In this document: positions 24,679 through 36,700 of the stretch, piece after piece
Layout: the number at the start of each line of letters is the position of its first letter
Position numbering within the stretch: position 1 is the stretch's first letter
DNA from: Amoebophrya sp. A120
Lineage: Eukaryota > Protista > Dinoflagellata
Length of the DNA stretch: 64,000 bases
Assembly: GCA_905178155.1 (NCBI GenBank)
Contig: CAJINV010000003.1
Coordinates: forward strand, 1,962,395 to 2,026,394
Direction of reading: 5' to 3'
Translations under genes and position numbers: made by a program
Notes under the pieces: model-generated
Databases searched by the model: none
Seen by the model: only the letters and a program-made list of their open reading frames with translations
What the model was told of the DNA's origin: nothing

Positions 24679-25495
24679 CTTTCTGGACTGGTGATGTGCT
24701 TTAGTTTTTCCTGTTTGCTTTCTTGTTTAGTACGAAATTTTAGGAAGCAAAGAACGCGATTTTTTCACACACTTTGACTTTATTTTGTTTTGCAAAAACA
24801 AAGTTTGTTGAAGCCAGGAAAATTGTGTTCGTCGTGTTGTATTTTATTGATGCGATGGCTTCTGCTCTACTTCGTCGTGTGAATTTTACTTCGGTATATT
24901 AGCTCCAACTCCGGGTTACGTTTGTCAGAGAAACTACAGAATGAATTCACAAAGTTCAAGTTGTTTTATTGTTGTACAAAAGAATTTCAAAAGGGATAAT
25001 TGCAAAATTACGGCCTGCCAGCGGCAGCTCGGCACCAACACCTACTCATGTGCAGCCTCATAAATTCGAAAATTTGTTTTACCAATTGCGATGTTGTTCG
25101 GGAATTTGAAAATTTTGTGATAAAAAAGATGTTAGCTAGTCAAAAATTGGGTCACAATTACCACAGGGGCGAAGGTGACTGGCGGTTTTTTTTTTGGCTT
25201 CAATGATACAATCTTCAACTAAACGACGGTGGAAAAACTACGGGAAATAGACGCGTCAGAGGATGTAGGAAAGCAACCAAGGTACGTACCGAATGGGTTG
25301 TGGCTGAACGAGCAGTTCCTATTGCTACGATGAAACCGACCGCTGTTGCGTATTACAACTTCACTTCGCACGATATTATGCCATCATTTACGCGTACGAT
25401 GCTATTGCTGTTCATGCTGACGATAAGATGAAATAGGTAAGCACATTCACACTGCTTGAGGACGACACCGACTCCGTCTACAATCTCATTAATTC

Positions 25496-25547
25496 CGAGC
25501 ACGGACCGAAGATGCTTCGAGCACGGACCGAAGATGCTTCGAGCACG
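25496..25547. repeat. 22-bp tandem repeat, about 2.4 copies
   Basis: CGAGCACGGACCGAAGATGCTT twice plus CGAGCACG, no spacers. Confidence 0.85.
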
Positions 25548-25820
25548 AAAGCTCGTGGGACCGAAAAAATCTTTTCATATGCAGATTGTCAGAGCTAGTC
25601 CTAGTACTGAGAAATGAACCGACACGTTTTAAAATGCTTCGCCTGCGGTGGTTCAAATTCGCACGAACGGGTCTGATTTCCGTCCGGGACTGGACTGGAA
25701 CTGATGGAGATGAGATTTATGAATATACTTCTCAGAAATCTTGTTCTTGATCTTGTCGCAGTAGTAGAGCCCTTTTTCTATCTTAATCTAAAACACGTCG
25801 CAGTCTTTTCTATTTCATCT

Positions 25821-28800
25821 TTACTTTCCGGATTTTCGTTTTTCTCGTTCGTCTTTTTTGTCACTTTTGTCCTTGCCCTCCTTTATCCCGTTTTCTTCCT
25901 CTTCCATCCGGTCGAGAAACTTGACGATTGCGTCCGCCTTCTCACTTTCCAGCACCATGTAGACATTCTTGCCCGGAATATTGATGGCGAGGGAGACCCG
26001 GTTTTTCGTCGCGGCCCACGCCTTAATTTTGTACTTGTGCGCAGCCGCCCCGATCCCAAACTTGGCCAGGTGCTTGCCATCCCTAATATCGAACATGGTG
26101 ACGTCGTTGCACGTGATTGCCATCAACATGGCCTCCGCCCCTAAATCCGTGATGGTTTCCACGCAGACCTTGGAGACCCCATCCAACCCCTCCGGCTTGA
26201 ATCCGACCTTGTGCACGCAGGGAAACTGGCGCGAGGCAAAGGCCTTCAGGTTCTGGTGTGCTTTCAGAACCCGGCACACGCGCTCCAGTTTTGGCTTCTC
26301 CTCCTCCTTTTTCCAGTCGGTCTCGTAGGACTTCTGCACTAACTTTACCCACTCGCCCTTGCTCTTTTCCCTCAAGCACCTCTTCGGGACCAGCGCCTCG
26401 ATCGTGGTCTCGTTGATGACCGGCGCGCCGCCGTCGTTGCGGCGGAAGAACGCGTTGGCGGCGCTCACCTTGGCGATGCGCGACTCTTCCTCCGGGACGG
26501 CGTAGTAGTAAAAATCCGACACGGCCTGGCCGACGATCATATCCGAGAAGCCCATGTCTCCCGACTGGACCTTTTCTTTCGGGCGCAGCATTCGTTTTTT
26601 CAAAACCATCTTGTTCTGGTTGCACACTTTCCCGACGCTGGCCTCAAACGGGGGCGGCTCGTCCATGTCCACGCGGAATACCTGGAAGTGGTCCACGTCG
26701 GTGGACAGCATGAAAGCCGAGATCGCCTTTTTGTTCAGAAGCCGCATTTTGTCCTTGGCGAGCATCTTGATGATCATCGGTTTTCGGATCTCCTTCTCGG
26801 CAATCAGGTCGAAGCTTTCGCAGGTGTACACCTCCACTTTCATCTCCGTATCCCCCGTCGGCGCAGCCTCATCCCCGTCGTCCACCCCGGCCTTTCCCCA
26901 CCTCTCCAGCAACTCCTTGCAGTGCTTCACCACGTTGAAGATCTCGCGGGAGCGCTCGTCACTCAGCCCGCGGTACTCCAGTTCGTAGCGCAGGAGGAAC
27001 GCGTCGACGTAGTTCTTGAAATTCGGAATCGGTTGCGCCAGCTTGCAGAGGAACACCATCAACTTCCACCCCAGCAGCCGCGACCGGTGCCGCGGGTTGT
27101 TGTTGATCTGCTTCATCACCTGCGCGTAAATCTCGGTGCAAATCTCGTCCCGCTGGTCGCGGGCCTTCCACACGATCGCGTACGCTAGCGGCGCACGCCG
27201 CTTCTCGTCGACTGGGTGGTCCGTCATCCAACCTAAAATGTTGCGAAAAGCGGACAGCACGGTTGTCACGTGCTTCGGGTTGTCGATCTGTATTTGAATT
27301 TTTAGTGTGAAATCAAAATTATTGCACCCTGCCGGCCCTATGATGTCCGTCCGTTCTTCGATTCCACCGTCGAAATTTGCTTGTGCTATTTTTTGGTAGC
27401 CATTATTTTTCATTTTATGAGAAGAAAACTGTATTTCAACATGACTCTTGGTTCTAATAAACAACAAGTATGCCAGCATGATGGGATAACAAAGTTCTCC
27501 GACTGCAAGCGAAACATCGACACGGCTATGTTGAACTTCACAGTGATATGAAAGCTGTGTATCTGTACATTCGTCAGCGTGCCGTTGAGTTTGTACTTGG
27601 ACCAGGAGAGCGCGCCATCCGGTTCCATCGGCATGACCTTGGCACCGTCGTCCAAATAGACGGGTTTGACTACGGTTGGGTTCATGTTCTCAAACTTCGA
27701 GAAATCCCCGTACAGATTGATGAGTTGCATTTGTGCTTCCGTCCCGCCCATGTTTTCGCCCCGGGTAGCGGCTTTCACCGCCCGGTCGGAGATGGTCAGC
27801 AATTCCTGGTCGCAACCGGCGTCCTTCCCTGCTTTCATCAGATTTGTGCACGCGGTGATCAGCTGGAGCTTCTTCTTCTCGTCCTTCTCCGCCTTCAACG
27901 CCTTCACGGTCTTCCCCAGTAAAGCGCCCACGAACTCCGGATCGCGCAGCTTGTTCATTAACTGGCGCTGCTCCGCGATGTCCTCGGGGGACACGCCGTT
28001 CTCCAGGCACCCCTTGATGTGTTTTTCAATTTCCGCGAAGTCGTAGGTGGTGACGGCCTCGTTCAGCGCCTCCAGGAACTTCGGATCAATCTGCTTCACC
28101 ACCGTCATCTTCCGCCCCGCGGCGACCAGCTTCTTGAACCTTGTGAGCGCCTCCACCTCCTTTTTGTTGCCCGAGGCCTTGGCCGCATCCATCTTCTTTC
28201 TGATCTGATTTACGACAATCTTCTGCTGCTCGGTCTGCTCGTCCAGATTATCCAGCGCCGCGAGGTCCAACTTGCCCTTCACGTTGTCCCACTCCTTCAA
28301 CACCCGAGAAGCGTACTTGAACGCGCCCTCTTGCAGCCACGTGTCCTGACCCTTGTCCAAACCATGCTTCTCCAGCTGTAGTCGTTTGTGGTCAGGTCGT
28401 GTACTTACTAACAGAATCATGAATGTTGCTTCTAAACATAAACAGAAGAACGCACACCCACGCGCTACTGCAAAAATATAGTACGTTAGCCACAGGCACA
28501 CCGCGCCACCAATTTAAATCTGAATTTTTGAACGTTCCACCTTCATGCGAAAAAAACATGAAACAAAAAAAAACCGTAGAGATACTTACCTGTTCGACAA
28601 TGAGTTTGGCGCGCTTGCAGGAAACCAGGTCGGCAGGGTTCAGGGGGAGCTTCAGCGCTTTTATGCCGTTCATGAGGGGCACCTGCGTGACGAGCTTTTT
28701 CAAGCGCTCACTCATTTCCTTGATGATCGCGTCTTCAATTTTCAGTGCGGTGAGCTCGCCCACCGCCTTCTCCAGGGCCATGATGTCGAAAGACTTGCGA

Positions 28801-31800
28801 AGATCCCCCGCGTCCTTGTATACTGCGTACTCCTTTTCCAGCTTCATGACCGCACCCAAGAAGGTCGCGTCCGCAACCTTCACGAAGGTGATGCCCTCGC
28901 ACTCGCGGACCCACGCGTTGGCCTGGTCTTTGTTCTTTTTCATGGTGGCCACATCCTTCATCAAAGACATGCCGGACGTGTTCGGGCCGCTGTAGAGCGG
29001 ATACTGCTTCATGAAGGCACTGATCAGCTTCTTCAGTTCGCGCGAGCGCTTCATTTTCTTGCGGACGGCGAAGCCGCGGTAGATCTTCTGGATGATGATC
29101 GCCTTGGCAATCTTCGCGTAGCGGGCCTGCTCGTCCAGCAGATTGAGGCCCTTCATGCGGATCATCACCTTGGTCTTCCCCATCTGGTACTCGATCTTCA
29201 ACTCCGGTTGCCTGAAGGCGTCCGCCATGCCGGCCAAGATCTCCTTGACGATCGCCCGGTCCGGGCTCGTCGCAGCCAGCTTCTTCCCCACTTTCTTCTC
29301 GGCGGCAACCCGCAGTGGGACCGGGATGCAGCACCGATACTTTTTCAGGAACTCCTCCGGGGACGCCCGGTAAGGGTAGCCCTGCCGACGAATCTTCACC
29401 AACTCCATCACACCCGAGTAGACCAGCTGCTCCAACACCTTCTTCTTCGTGAAAATGTTCGGCTTCTTCTCGTCGTTCGGCTTGATGCAACTGTTGGAGT
29501 TTTTCATACAGTAGAAGTAGCAATGAAGATGTATCATGTGTGATAGATAGATTTTTTTCTAGTAAAGAAGTGTCGTCAGAGATGCAATCGCTCGGTCTAT
29601 TTTCCATTGAAAAAAACGCGGCGTTTCTTGATATGGTTCACGACTACGACTGAACCTATCAAATTAGTTTTAGGTCAAAGATGCAGATCATCGTCAAAGG
29701 CAAGTGCAGATCTCATAGTCATCTACAGTAGATAAATTGACTTGTTTTCAAAAAAGCGTATTACAACCAGAATTGTACCGAACGAAGTGTGGCTCGGCGG
29801 AATTGATCTTGTTGATCAAAACCTTTAGCGAGTCGCGAAAGAGCTTCGAGACCGTGGCCTTCTGTCTCCTCCCCTCTTCCGCTAGGCCGTCAGCGATGAT
29901 TTTTAGAAGGGGATTCTTGGTGGTAGACAACACTTCGACGGCCAGCGGGGGTGGTTCATCCTTGTTCTTCTCGTTAACCCACTTCGTGACGTCATATTTG
30001 ACGGGCCCGGCATAATGCAGCAAAGTGAACTCGGTCCTGCCAAATTTGTCGGGGGTGTACCACTTGTTCTTCTTGTCCCCCATGATCTTGTTCAGCTTGT
30101 CGATCAACTTTTTGTCCGCCTTCGCGTTTTCACTGGGCATCCCCTTGGACTCCTCGTCACAGATCGACATAATCGAGTCTGTCGGTGCCGCAATCGTGTC
30201 CAGAATCTCCTGGTTGTCCGTAAACGCAATGTCCTCAAAGGGGACTTCTTCAGCCTTGTACTCCGGGATCTCCCTCTTGAACACGTAGTGGTTGAAGTGC
30301 TGTGACAACGTTTTTGCACTTTTTCAGAAGTAGAACTGAAGCACGTCACATTTTTACAACTTGGTCATGAACTCAGTAACTGGGTGGCTTGTCATTCAGA
30401 AGAGCATTCGCTTTCGAACTAGTAGATAAGCTCGTACTTTTTTTTGTCTTTATTTTTGCGATTATACCGACATCATTCAAATTATACCTGCTGCAAGTTT
30501 TCGTTGGACAGGTTGATCGTGAATTGCTCCCAAGTATTGAAGGTGAAAGACTCGAACCCGGCGATATCTAGCAACCCAATCTCGTCCGCCCTGCCGCCAG
30601 CGGCGCTCTGGTCGTGGTCCCCGGCAATGACTTTGTTCAGGTATTGAATGACCCAGGTAAACATCCGCGAGTAGACCAACGTAGCCAACCCGTCGCGGGC
30701 GTTCGATGCGTCCAGGACTTTTAGGCCTTTGATGGTAATTTCGTTGCCGATCTGGAGCCTGTTCGAAACGCACGCCTTTTCCAGCACCGCCTTGTCCACG
30801 TCCAGCGCCGCCGCCGCCTCGGCGCCCCCGGTAGAGAACTTGGAGGTGTCGTTTCCCGTGTCCTTGAAGGTAATGTTGCCCAGCAGCAAAATCCCGGCTA
30901 GGATCTTCAAAAACTGCTCCTTCTGGTCGGCCGGCATGAGACAATCCTCCAGCGCCTGCAACACCTCCTGGTACTCCGCCTTATCGTCAAAGCCGTCGGC
31001 CTTTGCGGACCCGTTCTTCAAAAAGCCGCAGCTCTTGGGGTCGGCGGGCAGCTTGTACTTGTTTGCGTCGCAGTAAACCAACATGTAGAAGATGTGGAAG
31101 TCGCGCTCCAGGGAACTCTGCGCCAGCACCCGGGACTTTTCCAGCAGGTAGTCCACCAGTGCGGCCCCCGCGATGTTGCCCGCGTTGTCAAAGTGCAAGG
31201 CGGTCCACTTCCCGAACCGGGAGGAGTTGTTGTTCCTCGAGGTCTTCGCGTTCCCCAGGGCCTCCAGAATTGGGTTGCACTGCATGATGCGGTCCTGCAC
31301 GCCGCTCTTGGAAGCGGCGCAGTCGGCGAAAAAACCGACCAGGATCTTGCACGCCTCGGTTTTCCCCGCCCCGGACTCCCCGGAGATCAAAATCGCCTGG
31401 TTTTTCCTGTCAATGCGGCACCCGTCCAGCGCCCACTTATGGATGTGTCAGAGTTGAAAGCGACAGAGTTGAAATAATTTGTCATGCATAAAATGGGTGC
31501 CAGCTGGAACCCAGTTCCCAAGTGGCGCATGACAAATTTCGGTGGTCCCTAAATCCAGTCTCTCATGCTGTTTAGGCAAAGAAGAGTGATTTTCTCATGC
31601 TACTTTAGCAGCTTGAGCTGTAACCCCAAACAGGCTTACAATCGGCCTCACTTGCCTGCTCTGCAACAGACGCACCTCGGGTCATGCATTTTATGCATCA
31701 CAAATTATTTCAACTCTGACGATTTCGATCCTGACACTCCCATACCACTTGCCGATCGCGTACACGTGCGGCTCGTGGTCGCGCGGGTCTTCCGCGTGGG

Positions 31801-32164
31801 CAAAATTGTCCATGTTCTCCGCCGTTTCTAAATTCAGCCGCTGGAACGGGTTGCAGGACACGATGATGGTGTCGATGAACGTGTACATCTGGTTCTTCGC
31901 GTAGCGGTCCTTCAGCGTCTGCAGCACCGCAGCGTTGGTCACGTTCCGGATCGTGGTCACGTCCGGAAGCGCACCGTAGTGCTCGTCGTCCACGTCCACA
32001 ACCTCCTTCATTTGCTCGGGACTCAGCCCAATCTCCCCCGAGTCGGTCTTGAACATGATCAACTTCGTGACGCCCTTCAGGTTCTTCTTCTCCTGCACTT
32101 GCCCCGTGGCCGTGGCCGCCACGTACCCCTCCTCAGGGTGGGGAATCCAAACCTTAGTCGACAT
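25821..32164 (-). CDS. Myosin heavy chain C, close paralogue of B
   Basis: Same motifs as B. GT-AG introns at the same four coding positions (30300-30487, 29491-29778, 28376-28589, 27288-27568), one private TIR element and a shorter charged tail. Confidence 0.92.
31438..31744. mobile_element. TIR intron element, family 2 (307 bp), myosin C
   Basis: Ends TATGGATGTGTCAGAGTTGAAA...TTTCGATCCTGACACTCCCATA; TSD CCACT; removal gives YAIGKW|ALDGCRID; the paralogue B site is uninterrupted. Confidence 0.92.
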
Positions 32165-33768
32165 CCTCGACTGACCTGTTGTTCCCTATGTAACTAAAAG
32201 TCAAAGTAAATTCGTAGAAGAAGTTTTCTACGTACTATATAGCTCGGTGAGCAATTAGGATTTCATCTCTTTTTCTTTTTTTTGTAGTTTGTACAAGCGA
32301 CAAAGATCGCGTTTGTCGCTTGGCATACTTCTTCGAAATAAAACAATTCGCAAATTTGTCAATCACTGATAAAACTTAGTACAGATTTTCTGAGAAGTGT
32401 ACCTGCATTCGAATCGGGAGTTGGGCTGAAAAGCACAAACAAAAAGTTGAGACGGTTTCATATCGATAGCTACTGAAAGATTGGGTAATTAATACATAAT
32501 GTCTTCGATGGGAATACTAGCGGCGACTGATGGTTTTTAGTATTTTTCTGAAAAAGCATGCACATGCGGTTACTGCGCCGAATGAAACCGAAAACGCTTC
32601 AGAAGATATCGCAAAACAAGAATGACACTGTACCGAAGGCCGCTTGGGCTTTGCATGGGGAGCGATCAACCGAGGACGTGCATGTGCTCCTGCAGAATGG
32701 CGTTGATCCACCTGACGGTAGAGAAATTTAGATCCGATTCACGACGACCACGACACCGACATCACTTACAATAATGAATCAGAGTACGGACGACCGAGCC
32801 CCGGAGCGTCGATGCTCGCGGTCTATCAAAAGTAGTTGTCCATTGCTGTCAAGTCAACGCCATGCTGTCACACCGATTTTTATCATCCATCTCCTCAACA
32901 TCCGACATTACGATTGCAGAAGCAGAACCGAATCCGAAGGCTGTGAATGTCAAATGCTTCGCCTGTGCCTGAGAAGTAATTCGATCAACTGCACCGACGC
33001 AAGACGTCTTCTACGAGGCCGCCTGAGCCTCGGGCTCTGTCTCCGGCAAGGAAGAGACACGCACACGCAATGAATAGTAACGCAGGCCTCGAACAATTTT
33101 GCGGCTACTGCATCGTCTTCTTTTGGCCGCGTTGGTGCGGCCCGCTCTTTTTTTTTGTATTTTGACTCTGTTGAACTACAAGTAGACCTAGACACGAGAA
33201 CGAAAAAGATAATAATATTTATTATGGTAGCGTCCTACTTGTTCCTCGTCCTTCGCGCTGTATGCGTCTTCGGCATCGTTACAGAGAGACTGATGTCATA
33301 GATTGACAATGACTCAGTCACGTAGTGCTGTTGCACAAGCAGAATGTGATAGGGAGGGGGAGTCAAAATGGCCATTTACAAAAAACGAAATTCCCATGGG
33401 TGTGGGTCGTGAACGTATTATATGAAAATCTGTTTACAGGGAAGTACTTAGAAAAAGGTGTTTTACTGTTTATCCATGTTTTTTACTCGTATGCAAAACA
33501 GCAAAACCAAATACAACGACACTGGCGAGAGTGGTTGAAGATTCATTTTTGACCAACACACACTAAACAGTAGTGCGCGAAAGCCCGAAAAGATGAACGC
33601 GAATTTTGCACGCCTCCATAATGAAGGCGTATCTACTTATTATTCTGCATCTTCTGAAGGTCGTCTTAGAACTAGAAGCAAATAAGAATAAGTTACTTCT
33701 GAGTTGGGACCGTGTGCTTGATCCAATGCTTTCTGTTGAGCTTTATCCCGACGAACGATTCATATTGA

Positions 33769-36700
33769 CTATGAACCGTCGCCCGCCGACTTCCTTTCTT
33801 TTTTCTTTTCCTTTTTTTCTTTACCGTCGGCGTCGTCGCGTGACCTTCTTTCTTTCTTCTCCTTCTTTTTCGCGTCGTCCCCCTCTTCGCGCGACTTTCG
33901 CTCTTTTTTCTCCTTCTTGCTTTCCCCGCCGTCTTCTTTCGCGTCCTTTTGCTTCTTCTCCTTTTTGTCCTTTTCTTCGCCTCCTGCATCGTCGTCCGCA
34001 TTGTCTTTTTCTTTCTTCTCCTTCTTTTCTTTCTTTTCTTTTTCTTCTCGTTTTTCCTTCCTAGCTTCGCGGTCCTTCTTTACCTCTTCGCAAGTGAACG
34101 GCGTGATCGCGATGGGGCCCTCGCCGGGGGTGTTGACGGTGGCCGACCCGGGTCGCGCGGCTGGGGCTTTGCTATCCGCTGGCGCTCCTTCGGCGGCTCC
34201 TGTGGGTGCCCGCTGAGGAATGGACACCTTTCCCGCGGGCGCGGGGGTCGAAGTTGGTACAGCTGCGGGTTTAGTATTTTCATCTCCTGTCCGGGGGGTG
34301 GGTTCCGCGGAGGAACTTGTTGCACCACCTGCACTGGTCGCGGTGCTAGCGGCTGGAGCTGCTGGTCGCGCTTGTGTCGTGCTTGGAGTGGGTGGTGGCG
34401 GGGTCACCACGGTGGCTCCTCCACCCGGTCCGCCTGCTGTCACCACTGCCCCGGTTGTGCCCAACTCCTTTCGCAGGGATTCCAACATGTTGGCTATCAA
34501 GACGCCCTGGTCCATCTGAAAAACGATGTAGGTGGGTCCCTTGGGAATCTGGATGGCGCAGCTGAGACTCTGTCCGTCGCCCGCCCAGCCCGTCACCCGG
34601 TGACTGTTCGCGGCCGTCATGCCGAACCGCGCCAGCTCGCGGCCGTCCCGCTCCGCGCACAGCGTCAGCCCGGACAGCCCGACCGCCACGATCAGGCTCG
34701 GGGCGCCGAGGTCCATCAGCGCCTCGCTGTTTGGCGGCAGCGCGAGGCTCCGCGGCTTCTCTTGGGGCAGCTGCTTCGCGCGCACCTGCACCGTGCCGAA
34801 CCCGCGCATGCTTTGCAGCCGAGAAAACGCGCGCTGCAACTGGTCCAGCCGGGTGGCCCCGTCCGAGACCAACTGCAAAAATTCCCTGTCGTACGCCTCT
34901 TTTACCTCCTTCACCCAGGTCGCCTTCCCCCGCTCTTCCAACGCCAAAGCGGGGACCAGGGAGGAAATTGTATTCTCGTCGATCACTTTCTCCTTTTTCG
35001 GCTGCCTCACCATCGCGCAAGCCGCCGCACACACGGCCAACGTCTGCACATCCTCCTGGATGCGGTAGTCTAAATACTGCTGGAAGGCCTGCAGCACGGT
35101 CAACGAGGAGAACCGCGAGTCCGCCGCGTTCACCTTCTCCTTCGCGCCGATCCAGCGCCTGCGCAGGATGAACCGATCGGTGGCGCCGAGAACGGTCCAC
35201 ACCTTGGCGTCCTGGGGGACGGGCTGGTTCATGTTCGACGGAAGGTACATGTCGAACTTGGGCACGTTCTCCGCGGAGACCCCGATCACCACCAGCAGTT
35301 TTTTCAGGACGTCGCCCACCTTGCCGTCCTTGCCCACCTTCACCATCCGCGCTTTCAAATCGTTGCCCTTCTCGTCCTTGTTGGGCGTGTTGTTGCGCCA
35401 GTTCAAACTTTCCGCGTCCCAGATGCTCACCGTCTTGCGGTCCTGGCCCGCCGCGGCGTTGCTATTAGCGTTACCAGTCGCCGCCGCGGCCTCGGCGGCG
35501 GCCTTCTCCCCCGCGGCCGGCGGCGGGGCGGTTTTGGCTATGGCGTTCTCAAATGTTACATTCTCAACTGTTACATGAATTTGTAATGCAAGAACGGCGA
35601 AAGTGAAAGGGACAAGATTGCGCCTTTTGCATTACAGATTTGGCACAGATTTGCATGCTGTCAGTCTAGCCCTTCGGATATTTGTCATGCGAAACAGCTT
35701 AATCGTGGCGATCTTGGTGGTAAATTTGCATGACAAATCATGTAACAGTTGAGAATGTAACAGTTGAGAACGCCATATTGGCCAGCGTGTCCATGCACTG
35801 GGTGGCCATGGTCAGTAATTCCTTCTTTTCGGGCAGCTCCTTCTCGAACTTCTGTTTGGACTTGACCAGAAACGCCCGCACGTACTCAATGAAGTCCGGC
35901 GTGGGGATGGCGTGCTGGAAGATGAAGGCGAGCAGCTTCCACCCCAAGAGCTGGGACCGCAGCCCCGGGTTGTGGGTCAGCTGCTTGATCACCTGCGCGT
36001 ACATCTCGTTGGTCAGCGCCGCCTCGGATCGCGCCTTCCACACAATCGCGTACGCCAGCGGCGCGCGCCGCTTCTCGTCCACGGGGTGGTCCGTCATCCA
36101 CCCGAGCACGTTTCGGTAAGCCGCGGTGGCGGTGGAGTTCATGCTGGCGTCCCCGATGTTCGTCAACGGGGCGGAGAGCTTATTCTTGCTCCACGCGAAC
36201 GTGCCACCGGGCTCGCACGGAAGAATCTTATTCCCGTCCGGACCCGTGATCGGCTTTACCACATCCGTGTTGATGCAGGGGGCCTTACTCATGTCACCGT
36301 ACAACGCCATCACCATGTCGAGGTTACCCGACGCCACTTTACCGTCCCTGGGGTTGATGTTGCGTGTCATTCACATATTGATACACTTGATCAGGTCGAG
36401 TTCAAAATGAAAATTCAAACGCACTGGTGCCGGCCCAGCTGCAAGCAGGGCCGTTTGTTCTACAACAGTGCATGATCAAACACAGACTAGCATATGCAAA
36501 TACTTGAAAGGGGAACAAACAACACTGTGATAATACCTTTGGAACAGGGATCCGCGTCGAATATGGGCGATGCGCGAAGCATTTTCCGCCTTGGTGAGAA
36601 GATCGGCGTCGACGCCCGCATCTTGTCCTGCAAGAGCTAGATTCGCGACCTTGGTGGCCAGGCCGTGAAGGTCTTTCTTGGCTTCCAGGGTTTTCAGACA

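Noticed and set aside
25496-25547. Possible CRISPR-like repeat
   Set aside because: Direct tandem 22-mers without spacers, eukaryotic context and no cas genes.
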